From the NCBI GenBank assembly GCA_048128005.1, contig JBEUKZ010000098.1:186001-234151 (forward strand): DNA of 48,151 nt, written 5' to 3'. This DNA comes from Veleropilina oligotropha. Its lineage: Eukaryota. The notes below the pieces were generated by a model. It had not been told where the DNA came from, searched no databases, and saw nothing but the letters and a program-made list of their open reading frames with translations. Shown here piece by piece: positions 1 through 11,924 of the stretch. The first letter of the stretch is position 1. Each line of letters opens with the position of its first letter. The translations under genes and the position numbers were made by a program.

Positions 1-275
1 TATTCGATTTTTGTCTTCACTGGTAGGCAATGTAGCGCCTTTACAACCGGAGTGATGTTCTGCCTCTTGTTGGTGAGAGAGACAATCCGGGCTGCAGTAT
101 TTTGAATCTTTTGAAGCTTATGAAGCTGTTTGTTATCGAGTCCAAACAGGAGGCAGTTGCAGTAATCTAATCTTGATAAAACCAAGCTCCAAACCAGAGT
201 ATGGGCAGCATTCGATGTTATTTGATGCCTAATATTGCCAATGGCACGAAGATGGAAATAATAGGTTCTGATATA
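1..275 (-). mobile_element. Non-LTR retrotransposon fragment (CR1/L2-group LINE ORF2, C-terminal to RT)
   Basis: Minus strand reads YFHLRAIGNIRHQITSNAAHTLVWSLVLSRLDYCNCLLFGLDNKQLHKLQKIQNTAARIVSLTNKRQNITPVVKALHCLPVKTKIE. This matches the SRLDYCN...LQRVQNAAARL...HITPVL..LHWLPV signature of L2/CR1-group ORF2. It runs off the window edge. Confidence 0.88.
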
Positions 276-443
276 TACTAAGATATTGTTGTTTGGCTCT
301 CCATGTTTTCTATATTTCAATTATTTGTTCTCCTAAATACTTAACTAGAAATGATTATCACATTATTTCAAAATTATACTGATTCTAAAACAACCCAGCC
401 TGTTGCTCCGCACACGAATAACCACGACCGAGATCGGCTGTAC

Positions 444-525
444 CTCTGTGTGGTGCTCCTGGTCTGATACGGCCACGATCACGTACGGATCAGCCTTGCC
501 GGTCTTGTCCTTCGGCGCGAGATCT
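444..525 (-). CDS. RASAL1: Exon of GAP1-family RasGAP (RASAL1/RASA4-like), start of second C2 domain
   Basis: AG acceptor (526-527) and GT donor (442-443) on the minus strand. 82 nt, phase fits the preceding exon. Encodes (R)DLAPKDKTGKADPYVIVAVSDQEHHTE, like RASA4/RASAL1 RDLAPKD..G.SDPF. Confidence 0.88.
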
Positions 526-780
526 CTGTAATCAAATAACGATGTACATCAACCATAGAAACAGAATTATAGGTCATGACATCATTGATCAGGCCGCAAC
601 TTACTATCATGTACCTGAAAACATATCAGCACAAGGTAACAAGGGATACCATAAATAAAAGGAAACAAGGGATACCATAAATAAAAGCAGCTCAAGTGTC
701 TATTGTATGTAACTTTACATTTAAGGTAAATTATTAGAACTTGGACTTAGACAACTGTCAGCCATAGAAATATATGTCTA

Positions 781-1147
781 TCTCTATATATAAAAGAGTA
801 GTCTGTCTGTCCACTATCTCCTCCATAACCACTGGGCCGATCCTCACCAAACTTTGCATGTGAACTAAGGGTACCCAGGGGATGGTCTTGGCTGCAAAAA
901 AAATTTCAATTGTGAAGAAAAAAAATTACAAAAAAAAATTATTAATTTGTACTTTTAGGCGAAAAATATAAATTTGCCAAATTTTATGCAATTTGTAGTT
1001 GCCGCAAAATAAAGCAAAAAATACAAAATATTCTATGTATATAAGTACACATTGTCAATTAATATGAGGGGTGAAGCCCCCTCCAATTGGGGCCGCAGGC
1101 CCCACGACGCTGAATTAGAGCTCCCGAAGGGAGCTCAATTCAGCTAG
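781..1147 (+). mobile_element. Non-autonomous Helitron-like element
   Basis: Begins A|TCTCTATATATAAAAG and ends in GC-rich hairpins (TGGGGCC-GCA-GGCCCCA; GAGCTCCC-GAA-GGGAGCTC) followed by CTAG|T. This gives TC...CTAG termini at an A|T site with no TSD. Confidence 0.7.
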
Positions 1148-1611
1148 TAGTATACATTTTCTACAAAATGACAAAAAATAGAATTTATATGAAGTGCTGA
1201 CATGAAGGTAATAATGCTCTTATGTCACACTGACAATTTCAGATTATTCGGACGCAATTAATCAGTTACATTTCCAATACCCACAGGACGTGGGCGACAT
1301 TTTACTAGATATTCTATATTTCATAACTCTTATAACTCGAGACATCCTCATGAATGTCACGCTTTACGTTAAGAGTTTAAAAATGTCAGCCTTCTCCGAT
1401 CTCATCCAATGGCTGCTCATCTGGCACCTGCGCACCTAATAGAGAGAGGATTCATGCACTATGCACTGACTTATGTTGTGCCAAAGGTGTGACTGACAGT
1501 CTTAAGGACATTCCAATCATTGTTCACGGGGCATAATGAAAAACATTTATTTTCAATATTTCGTACCAATGATCTTTCTATTGATCGCTATATATCCACT
1601 TAGCGACTTAC

Positions 1612-1729
1612 CTGGCCTCCTGAACGTGGACGATTAGCTGATTGCTGGAGCGACCGACATTCAGGTAGATCTCGCCCTGAATCTCTGCGTCTCGCAAAAC
1701 CTTAGCAACAGGCAGCCAGCTTTCAAAAC
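1612..1729 (-). CDS. RASAL1: Exon of RASAL1/RASA4-like RasGAP (C2A-C2B junction)
   Basis: 118 nt, bounded by tttcag| and |gtaag. Encodes (G)FESWLPVAKVLRDAEIQGEIYLNVGRSSNQLIVHVQEA(R); D.EVQGEI.L is the GAP1-family motif. Confidence 0.92.
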
Positions 1730-2088
1730 CTGAAATATAAATTTTATGATATATTTTATTTCAGAAGTGAATGTAAAATGTCTCCAATACACTACAATGA
1801 AATTATAGTTTTTTAAAATTGAAATCTATTCATCAGTTATTATTTAGGGATGTGATTTGCACAATGTTGAAATTCGATGCCGACAGAGCCAAAAAGGGTT
1901 AAGAGAAGTACACAGTCTAGAAAAGGAGTCCACAAATATTACATTGTCATAGTATTTTGAATCTAAATTCTAATATAGCTAAATGTGTTACAATATGAGG
2001 AATTCTTAAAGTTAATATAAACACTGTTTACAACATGTAGATACGGTATTTAAGAGAAAAATCAATTCTGAGATATGTAGACTTATAC

Positions 2089-2150
2089 CTTTAACGCAGT
2101 CAGTCAGCTCCTCGCGCGATAACGACACCTTCCCAATGACATCATCGTCA
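2089..2150 (-). CDS. RASAL1: Exon of RASAL1/RASA4-like RasGAP (C2A)
   Basis: 62 nt with AG/GT boundaries. Encodes (S)DDDVIGKVSLSREELTDCVK(G), part of ORF 2012..2215. Phases match both neighbouring exons. Confidence 0.92.
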
Positions 2151-3332
2151 CTACAAGGAAATAGGTTAATAAAAATATTTCTATGACTATGTCTAATCCA
2201 TTTGTATGGAAACAATGACCAAACTGATCAACATAAATAACATATCGAAAGTACTTTTAGGTGCGGACCACCTCAAGAAGTGACTCGGGACATCTGTACA
2301 TCTTAGATCAAAATCAAGTGGTGTGATGCCCACCTTTCACAATCGTGTTGTGATTTTAATATATATCGCTGTTGTTGAAGACCAATCTAATGACGCTCTG
2401 CATGCATTATGTAAAATTCAATCAACAAATTAATTGTGAGTAGAATTGAGATGACAACAATCGGATAAACATCTATTGAAAAGAATCTACCTCAATAACG
2501 GACAGGGTATTTAAGGTCAATCATCGACGAGCAGTGATAGATTAACATTCATATTACATTAAAACACCATACGATCATATTGCAGATTACAACATGCATT
2601 GCTATTGTGCGACACATTAATCAAAGGTCATGCAATTTAATTACATTATACACATCAAATAATAATACTGGACTAAGAGTTCATGCCCAGCTCAATAGGG
2701 AGGAAAAATCTGTGAATTATATTTGTCTTTGAACTTTAAACCAACTTCTCAAGGGGCTTTTGATGTTCCGTGATTTGATGTAAATCAATAAGATTAATAA
2801 CAGCCATTAGTCAATGCTTTGCCAGGGTCATTAAACAAGATAACACCGGTCAAAAGGTTCACGACTGCGAGCGAATTAGAACTTCATCACTATATCCATA
2901 TTCGATTGAATTGTATGCACAATAGATACGATTCAAATCGATTATTTTTCGTCCATGTTTCAACACTCTTTCAGCCATAATTTTGTAGTTGAACAATCAA
3001 TTATAGCCGCCTCCCACTATTATTAATATGGACACACTAAGGCAAAATGAAATGAAATCCATTCAAGATGAATAATATTTTTAATACAATGTAACATGAA
3101 ACAAGACATTTCGTGAGAGAATAGTGTATTCGCTGCGGAAAACTACAAAACCGGGCAATTACAGACAACTATGCTTGTTATTTGAATGGTGCCCATGACG
3201 TCTGAGGATGTTGATCTGAGCAGTCAAGCGATTAAATTAAGATTCACATTCTTATCTATTAATACATCACCATCGCAGCCTGAGGTCAAATATCTTCAAC
3301 TGCAGCACATGCAACCACACAGTTTGCTTTAC

Positions 3333-3446
3333 CTCATTTTGTCCTCGTCGTACAGGTAGATCGATATGTCTTGGAATCCACATGGCGTGTTCAGAGTGAA
3401 CTCCTCTCCCCAAAAAGGATCCAAGCTCTTGAAAACAGTAGCAGTT
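3333..3446 (-). CDS. RASAL1: Exon of RASAL1/RASA4-like RasGAP (C2A)
   Basis: 114 nt with AG/GT boundaries. Encodes (R)TATVFKSLDPFWGEEFTLNTPCGFQDISIYLYDEDKM(S), like RASAL1/RASA4 RTATVW.SL.PFWGEE...YV.DED. The four exons splice into one open frame. Upstream exons were not identified. Confidence 0.93.
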
Positions 3447-3575
3447 CTAAATATAAATATATAAAATATAAATGAAACCGTTTCAGAAACATTAAAGAAC
3501 CGTTTACTTTGGTAGACGATTTCAAATCATAGCAAATCAGCAATACCTCAGTTCAATTCCCAGTCGATTGAGAGT

Positions 3576-3797
3576 CGTCGCTCCAATGGCCGAGTGATTT
3601 TGAGTCTGTATCACTGGCTTGACTGCTCTGCATGTCTAACAAGAGTGCGCTCGCCTCGGTTGGGGCAATGACGTTCTTTGCTCAGTTACAGTTGTCCATA
3701 ACTGGTCGGATAAGGCGGGTTTCTCAGGCACCAGACAGTCCTCTCGCGATAATATGGACGTGTCCTAGCTGGTGAGATCCTGAATGTCATTAAAAAC
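3576..3797 (+). mobile_element. Degenerate tRNA-derived SINE
   Basis: Shares the core CAGTTGTCC...GGCGGGTTT...CGCGATAATATGGACGTGTCCT with the adjacent copy and has an A-box-like TGGCCGAGTG head. Confidence 0.55.
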
Positions 3798-3802
3798 AGG
3801 GT

Positions 3803-4056
3803 GGCCGCTTCGACAGTACGGTGGTACGATTGTGGATGCCGAAAATCACTGACTTGCTTCTGCTGACGAGAACAGAAGTGGGTTCGACCCCCGGCTGAGG
3901 CATCACACATTTGTTCAAGTTATGAAGCACAGTTGTCCGTGACTGGTCGAAGAGAGCGGGTTTACCCGAGCGACTGGGCTTTCCTCCCGCGATAATACGG
4001 ACATGTCCTGGTTTGAACAAAATGATGGTTGGAAATATACAGGACATTAAGCATCG
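3803..4056 (+). mobile_element. tRNA-derived SINE with V-domain-like core
   Basis: B-box-like GGTTCGACCCC (~3880) and core GCGGGTTTACCCGAGCGACTGGGCTTTCCTCCCGC resembling the V-SINE domain. Homologous copies lie at ~33580-33808 (+) and 40135-40383 (-). Confidence 0.72.
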
Positions 4057-5592
4057 CGCCTTTCCTTTTATTAAAAACAGGACACATTAAACATGCCCCA
4101 ACCGAAGTTGGAACGCACTCCTGTTAGACAGAGCAGTGAAGCGAGAGAATTCAGAATCTGTGCTCTTTGCATCCATTTGACGTATGATGAAGGGAGATCA
4201 CTCAAAGACTTATCGCATGTATGTAAGTCAGCAAGCATCTTGGTACCATGCAGAGCCAATACATATGTGCATCTTTCAAATTAATTCGTTTTTATTTATC
4301 TTTTTTTCGGATTTAAAAGAACTATAATTGGTTTGCAAATGGCTTATTATAGCTTACTGCGTTCGCGTGTACAACTGTACAGGTGGGTATATTTTACAAA
4401 TATTCATGTACAGTATTTTCACTTTCGCTTTCACCGAAGACAGAAATAGCAATGATGAAATCACTGGATACTTCCCTTCCACCAACACAGATGTCAAAAA
4501 TATAAATATTGAAGACAAAAATAAGCTCGTGTCAATTTAAAGATGTATTGCCCGTAATTATACAAAGCCTTACTTACCTATTTGTGGATGTTACAAAAAG
4601 TTTTGACGATTCAAATTGGAAGAACGCACATTGTTTGCTGTGTTATAATAAAAAAGGCTTAGTGTAATCGGCGGAGCAAACTTGCATGCGAACTTTTAAT
4701 CAGACTACGAAACGGCGAACGAAACGAAACGAATATTAGAAGGGTTGATAATAGCATTTAATTATACATTACGATACGTTTGTTTAGTCATGATATATAC
4801 ATATACATATGCAATGCAGCATACATATTTACATATGCGAGCGGCATTGATGCTATGAATAATAGGCTTCGTGTATGACAGATTCGCTCATCAGGACATC
4901 AGTCGACCTTTTTGAATACAGGCTAATTCGTACTCTTGCTAATTCGGACTCTCACTGATTAAAATCTCGGCTTGTCCAAACCACATTGTACGGCCATGCC
5001 CTGGTATGACACTGAGGGTTGTTAAATGGAACACTACAACCATCAGTCGGCCTACGCCAAAACCATCAGTGCGTTTTCCCAACCAACCCGGCATTCCACC
5101 AACGATAATAATAATTATAGACATGACCCTGAATGAAATTAAAAGCACGAGTTATCTCCCGTTGCATTACAAAGAGAGCAAGAGAGACGTATTGGAATGA
5201 TCCCTCCATCAAACGTGGGCCAATATATCCTCTATCATCCAGTATACATATATATGCACACACTTCAGTTAGGATCTTTGATTAATGCTCACCTTTGGCA
5301 GAGGCAGGAGTGAAGCCAAGGAAAAGCCAATCATTTTATAGACCATTGACTTTGCTCCACATACCGTTGAAGATTCGAATCCACCGCATTGTAATCAGTG
5401 TGATCATCAATACCCACATAAGGGGAGGGGGCTATTTGACGGTGGAATTGGGGAGGGTCACAGGATATATGGGCGAGTCATGAAATAAAACCACAACGTT
5501 TGTCTCGTAAATCTAGTTTTGGCGAAACTTGTTCTTAAAAAGGCGTAGGCAAGAAATGAGGTTTTTAAGTAAACCTAATATTAGTTAAAACA

Positions 5593-5792
5593 TACTTACG
5601 TCCTTACTCTTGCCATAATAGTCATATTATCGCCAACCGGAAACAGTGAATAAAGTCACATTTAGGCACTTATTAAGTCAAAACGTACCACGATCACCTC
5701 CCCTGCTCCCGCTCTCTAAGTTCCCCCGGCGAGATCTCGCCAAGTCTCGCGAGATATCCGAGCTCGAGATCACAAGACCTCAATTCAAAGTT
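5593..5792. repeat. 3' ITR of DIRS copy A (inverted partner at 12693-12894)
   Basis: ~200-bp reverse complement of 12693-12894, differing only at one short patch (CTCTCTAAG vs CTCTATATTAG). Confidence 0.95.
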
Positions 5793-5852
5793 CAGAACCC
5801 CAAAGGAACTTAGTAGAGGGGAGGAATGCGAAACGCAGGGTGGGTAATCGTG

Positions 5853-5942
5853 GTAAGGACGTAAGTATGTTTTAACTAATATTAGGTTTACTTAAAAACC
5901 TCATATGTAGTTACAAACTTACTTACGTCCTTACTCTTGCCA
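5853..5942. repeat. ICR of DIRS copy A
   Basis: Reverse complement of the left terminus joined directly (CCTCAT|ATGTAG) to the reverse complement of the right terminus. Confidence 0.93.
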
Positions 5943-6779
5943 GAATAACCTTGGATAGGTGGGTAAGAAGTTCCTTACAACAACCCAAACAAGATAATGA
6001 CTTACTTTTCACCATTTCAATCAGCTCGAAGCGTCGATTGTGTCCGCCCAGAGTGGAATTTACTGAGAATGATATTCAACTCTTACCAAGCGAGAATTTC
6101 GACCAGTGTTACCGGGAGAATACGCCGTGGTGTTAGTCGGACGAGGTGAACGGAAGTGCAATCAGCCCCAGGCACGGCCGGAAGGATGGATCCTTGTAGG
6201 TCTTACGTGTCATGGGCCAGTGGCAGCCAAATGGTACTCCTGGCCAAAGGCCGGTAGCCAGAGGATGCAGTCGGATTTGTAAGCACACGGAACCTTAGTG
6301 AGGCTGTGAATATATCAAATCTTAAGCAAAGAATTAATAGATTATTTATAATAATCGATATTAATAAGTGATTCGCATGACCAACTTGCGAAACGCTAAC
6401 ATGTACGACATGTCACTTAAAATAAATTTTTAAGGAAGCAAATATGTACGACATGTTACTTAAAATAAATTTTAAGGAAGCAAATATTAAAAAATTTTCA
6501 ATGTATTGAACATCGTATGTTCGATTACAGCATAGAACATCAATAATATTGAACCTCAAATCCTTTAAGATTTTCGCAATATAGTTGTTTTATTAAATTC
6601 AATGTAATCTGGCTTGTCAATATACTCAGGAATGACATGAAGTACAAAATCTTAAAATGTTTTTAAGAAATGAACAGACATTGAATCGCCTCATATGTGT
6701 CTATTTCATAGAACAGCTAGGCCAACAAATAACATTGCGTCAGCAAAAATTATGTAAATTGATAAACAAGAAACAATAC

Positions 6780-7800
6780 TCACTGATTAGACGACCTCGG
6801 TCTAACAATACATCGTTGAGCAGTTACTATGTAGACTGCACAATCCATCAGCCGCATGGAATAATCCCACAGAAAAGGCTTAATAAAGACATTTTGAGAA
6901 GCAACGCTGAGATGTGAATCTGCGAAAACACGGACCTCGTGCGCGCGGATCGATACAATAGTGCGTGCGGCCTACTTTTCACAGCGAGAGTAGTCTCTCA
7001 CTACCTGTGAAAACCTCCGCGAAACAGTCGTCTACGTAATGTCGCGGATATAACAAGGTAAATACGAATAAAATATAAGTAGTTTTCCCTGCCGCGTATC
7101 ACGGATCCTGTCGAGGTAGTAACGTAGGCACGCATATGACAGGTACATCGGTCCACATCGGGTCTCTGACCAGCGTAAAGCTTGGGGATAACGATATCGG
7201 GTGCGTCTTCGTTCGGCCGTAGATTCTTGGCGAGGAAACCCAAGATATGACGCCGCATCACCGACCCGTCGACTGGAAACGAACGTCTCGTAGCTCTGCG
7301 GATAGACTATGAAATACGGAACAACGCCTGCCCGACGCTAAGGCGATCAGAAAAAACTGTTTTGTGCGTTAAGTTCCTCATAGAGGTCGGGCCCATAGGC
7401 TAGTACGGGTAGAAAGAGAGCGTTAAGAAATGAGAGCGATGTTTCAGGCTGGCCGTATCGTACGGGTCGAAATTTTGAGTTCGAAGGATCGCAGAAATCC
7501 AAATCATTCGGTCGCTAGGTAGGCTACCACGGGCACGGCACTCGCGACCGTTGCCCGATAGCTTTGACGGCGGACACTGACATACCGCGTTCAAAGAGCG
7601 ACGATAAAAACTCAATAAACTTGTTCACAGGGCGGCGGAGTATATTGACCGGCCGGCTGTGACACCAATCCACGTACTTAACCCATCGGTAGTCATAAAC
7701 TTTAGTCGTGGAAAGCCTTCTCGATCGGGAGATGCGTAGGGCTGTTGCGCGAGAAATTCCTTTCTTAGCAAGGGATCGTTCGATAACCGCCAGGCGTGTA
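6780..7800 (-). pseudogene. Decayed tyrosine recombinase of DIRS copy A
   Basis: Fragments RSRRLSTTKVYDYRWVKYVDWC and GFLAKNLRPNEDAPDIVIPKL align to copy B YR. Many indels, including loss of the AGYW segment. Confidence 0.88.
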
Positions 7801-9690
7801 AACGTAAGTCGTTCGGCGATGTTGAAATACACGGCTGCGCGCCTGCAGTAACCGGCCCGGTCTCTGCGGGAGCGATAACGGTCGGTCGACAATCAGATCG
7901 AGGAGGGTCGGAAACCAAGGTTGCGTGCGATATAGGGGCGCGATTAGCGTTATCTGCAACGTTCGTTCGATGCCTTCTGTAATACCAGTGTTAGAATGCA
8001 CGACGGGGGGAAGGCATACGCGGACAGATTCTCCCATGTCATTGACAGTGCGGCGACCGCTAGGGCGGCCGGGTCCGGGTACGGGGAGACATACAGAGGT
8101 AGTCGGTAATTAAATTCTGTTGCAAACAGATCGACTCGGGGTTGTGACCACCGGCGACAAACGTCCCGAGCTACTCGGCTGTGTAGCTCCACTCTGTGTG
8201 TAATATCTGTGATTTCCGAAAGAGCGAGACCGCTCTGACATTCAGCTTTCCCGGGATGTGTCGGGCTCGAATCGTCGAGATGAGGGACATCACTAGGCGG
8301 TGTAGGTCTATTGCTCGGTCGCAAAGGGGACGTGAGCGAGTGCCGCCCTGGTGCTGGATGTAAGCGACGACAGTCGTGTTGTCCGTGGCGAGCATTATGT
8401 GCTTGTTGCGGAGATGTGACGAGAGGGACCGTACTGACAGGTAGACGGCTTCTAACTCTAGGAAGTAGAGGTGTCGTCCCTGAAGGTCCGTCGGCCATAG
8501 GCCTGATGTCTCGTAACTGTCGAGGTGACCACCCCAGCCGTCGTTCGAAGCGTCTGTGAACAGGTAAGCGTTCGGCTCTGGCGGGGATATAGGAACCGAC
8601 TGGTCCGGCAAAGCAGGGTTCAACCACACTGCTGTTGTGCTGGTAAACCAATGCCGAAGATCGATGCGATCCGTCCACTGCCCCGTCCGTTGTATCCAGC
8701 GATCCCTGAACGCCTGGTGTAACGGTCGATTGTCCATGTGACCCATCGGTAGCAGGGTCGCTGCCGACTCGAAGTGCCCCAGGACAGTGGCCAGTTGTCG
8801 CGCTGTAGTTATGTCCGATGACAGGGTGTCTTGGATAACCGCGCGTAGGTTCCGCATACGTTTCTGGGCCGGTTTCGCGGTGTACCGGACCGTATCGAAG
8901 TCGACCCCGAGAAACGTAAACGTCGTCGAGGGCACGAAGCCGGATTTTGTCTCGTTGATCTGAAATCCCAGGCGCTTCGTTGATGACAGGGTAAAGATCG
9001 TAGACCGGAGGCACAGATCTCGGGACGCCCCGAGCATCAGCCAGTCGTCGAGGTATATATGTACCCTGAGCCCTAGAGAGTGTAGGAAGGCCCTAAGGGC
9101 CTGTACTGTTCTCGTGAAGACGTACGGGGCTGACGATAGACCGAACGGTAGGCACCTGAATGGTAGATCGTCTCCCCGTGTATAAACCGAAGGTACTGAT
9201 GAGCCGTGATATGCATCAGGACATGCAGATACGCGTCGGTCAGATCGATAGACGCTGCCCAGTCGCCCGGATGGATGGCCGCTCGTATCTTCGAGAGGGT
9301 TTCCTGATGGAATTTCTCGGTACGAAGATATTAGTTTACGAGAGATCGAAGATCGGTCGCTAGCGGCCATCGGGATTCGGGACCAGGTAGAAATGGCTGT
9401 ATTATCCTGGTGTGCTGGGCGGCGCGGGATATATTGCTCCTTGAGGAGTAGGTCCCGCACTGCCTGGTCTAAGACCGCTCGCATCTCTCCGTTTAGGAGG
9501 CGAGCGTGTCTTGGTGGTGGTGCCTCGTTTAGGGTCGGATGCCGGTTGAACCAACTTGTATCCGGCACGCACGACGGAGGGACCCAGCTACTGTCTGGTA
9601 GTCTAGCCACGGCTGGCTGTACGCTAACAGATACGCTTCCACCGGCGGAAGCGGGCAGCTGGGACTGTCGTGTGGCCGGCAGCCCTAGGG
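7625..9690 (-). pseudogene. Frameshifted pol (RT/RNase H/methyltransferase) of DIRS copy A
   Basis: ORF pieces 8171..9793, 7950..9014, 7765..8037 and 7625..7918 carry CLPFGLSSAP, YLDD, LFTDAS, LELEAV and DLFA/AYAFPP in changing frames. Confidence 0.92.
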
Positions 9691-11924
9691 CCGAGGCTTC
9701 CCTCTCCCGCTCTGACGGGAGCTTGTTGGAGGTGCTTGCCTCTTCGGAGTGGGTTAATGGCCGGGGGCCTACCACCAGAAGAGGACCATGCACGCTTGGA
9801 AGGCTTCGGGGTCCGGGTGGGCCCTGAATGCTTCCTCAAGTCGGCGGGTGGACCCCCAGGGGGGTGCAGCACCGCCTACTCGATGGTACGGTCCGTCAGG
9901 TCCGCCGCTCTCTGTCGACGAATTCCGAGAAATCGTCGCCAAATAGAGTGGTGGCCGAGCAAGGCACGCATCGCAATGAGCGCCGGGTGGCCCCATCTAG
10001 CGAGGTGTCTTTCAGGCAAGCGTCCCTACGAAGTAGGTGTTACCCAGGACACGTCCCGTCTCCAACGCGTTGGTCTCCATAACGGCAGCAACCTCCTGGA
10101 GGAAGGACAGGGCAGCCCACGGGCGCCGGGTCCATCCTCCTGTAATACGGCGATCGTCCCGTCTAGGAAAAATCCTGAACGGACGACAGCCGCAGAGCCC
10201 ATCGGGCGGAGCTCTCGAAAGCTTCCAAGGCGAACCCAGGAACTCTCGCTACAGAGGGAGTGTGACTGGCGGTCAGTCAACGCAACGCTGCGTCAACACG
10301 AGCCGGCTCAGTCGTCAGGCACGGACCAGTACATGCGAACGGGATCGAACGCGAACTGGCCCGGAGGTACCTCCCACTACGGAACCCCGAAGGGTACTCG
10401 GTCAGTGGGGAGGACTCCACCGGATTGCGCCCCCGACTGAGCTTGGTTGTCGAGTCAACACCAGATCAACCAGCCCAGACTGAGGTAAGGAAGGAAGCAA
10501 GGGGGCTTCCTTCCATCAAACCGATGCGCCGCCGTCCTGAGCTTGACCGGGCCTACATACGACCGAGTCGGTTCCGGCCGGTCAAGCACCCCGCGAAGTG
10601 ACGCAACAGCGTCGAGTTCGACGGGTGGTGGAGGTCGGCTCCTGCGTGCCTGGAAGACTACCAGCGTCTTCGGGCCCGACCGATACAGGGAGGTCGGAGT
10701 GAGCGGAGTCGAGGTCCTCGTCGGAACGAGGTTCGATCCCCACCACGGAGGCAGGAGCCGTGCTCTGCGCCACAGGCAGAGGTGTAGGTACCTGGAGCGG
10801 CGAGGAAGCCGGTTGCCAGGCCCGACATCGGGACTCGAACTCCGCCGCGAACATAGCCTGGACGTTCTCTAAAGAGAAACCCGGAGGCATGACGGGCGTC
10901 GAACTAACAGCCGGTAGTTCGGTCGAAGTCACCGTGGCGCTAGGTAGACGGGCTGCATGGACAGGTGTAGCCGAGAACCCTTTTTTTTAGGGTCTCGGGA
11001 CACGTGTCGAGTGGTCGAACCCGAAAGAACGGCCCGAAGGCAGGTTCGGTGGGCCGGACGACCGGTAGGACTGCGGCAACAGTCCGTATCGGTCTACCAC
11101 TCTGTTCGAGAGAGGCACGGTCGGAAAACCGCCGTAGAACCCCGTCCTGAACGCAGCCGGTCTGTCCACGTTCTCTAGCGTGACCATCGTGGGTGCACGG
11201 GAGAGAACGGGCCCTCTGAAAAGCTCGTGAGCATCGAGGTTGAGCGGAAAACCCTTAGGGGTAGTCGCGTCGGTCTCGAACGAGGATTCAGGTGTCGCCG
11301 ATTGTCCGGATCTTAGACCTTCGAAAAGGTGCCCGGCCTCTTTAAAGGCTTTCTCATTGGGTCGCTCCCTATCGTTAAATAGGGAGTTTCCCGCAGAAGG
11401 ACTAACTGTCCCCTATTCTTCGAGGCCGAAGAAAAGGATGGGGAATGTCTGCCCTGTTCAGCGGTTCGCTGCGTTGCCAGATATACCTTGCTAGCCGGCA
11501 AGGTATGGTTGGCTGCAGTTACTAGGCCCGTTTTAGGAGGATCAAACAGCACTCGGGCTCCTACCTGAATCTAGGGTCCCGGCAAGGTTACGGCGACTCC
11601 CTTATGAGTCGCGGAGGTTACGCCGGTAGATCCGGCGACAGACGGCCCCTTTTAAGGTCGCCTGTCGTCCAGCGGCCCCTGAAGTAGACAAAAAAACGTT
11701 AATTCCCTTTAACCTACCATTTTGTCCATTCTCGGGGGAGAACCCACCGTGGTAACCGCACTGGTCGCCTTCATCGGTGGATATACGATCGCCCACTGCC
11801 TGCTGTTAAAATCTAGGCACAGTACACATTTATAAGACTTACTGTCAGTTACGGTGAACACGGCATTCCGTGCGCCTAGAAATCCGTGAAACTTCGGGTT
11901 ACACCCGGAGTTGCACCGGACCAT
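9685..11924 (-). pseudogene. Frameshifted gag-like ORF1 of DIRS copy A
   Basis: Starts MVRCNSGCNPK at 11924. Pieces 11313..11552, 10987..11187, 10582..10932 and 10026..10280 align to copy B gag. Ends at the conserved CCC-TAG (9685-9687). Confidence 0.85.

Noticed and set aside
4572..4645. Perfect donor AG|GTAAGT as a missing RasGAP exon
   Set aside because: It lies inside the Kolobok-like element, and the in-phase frame has no C2 similarity and hits a stop upstream.
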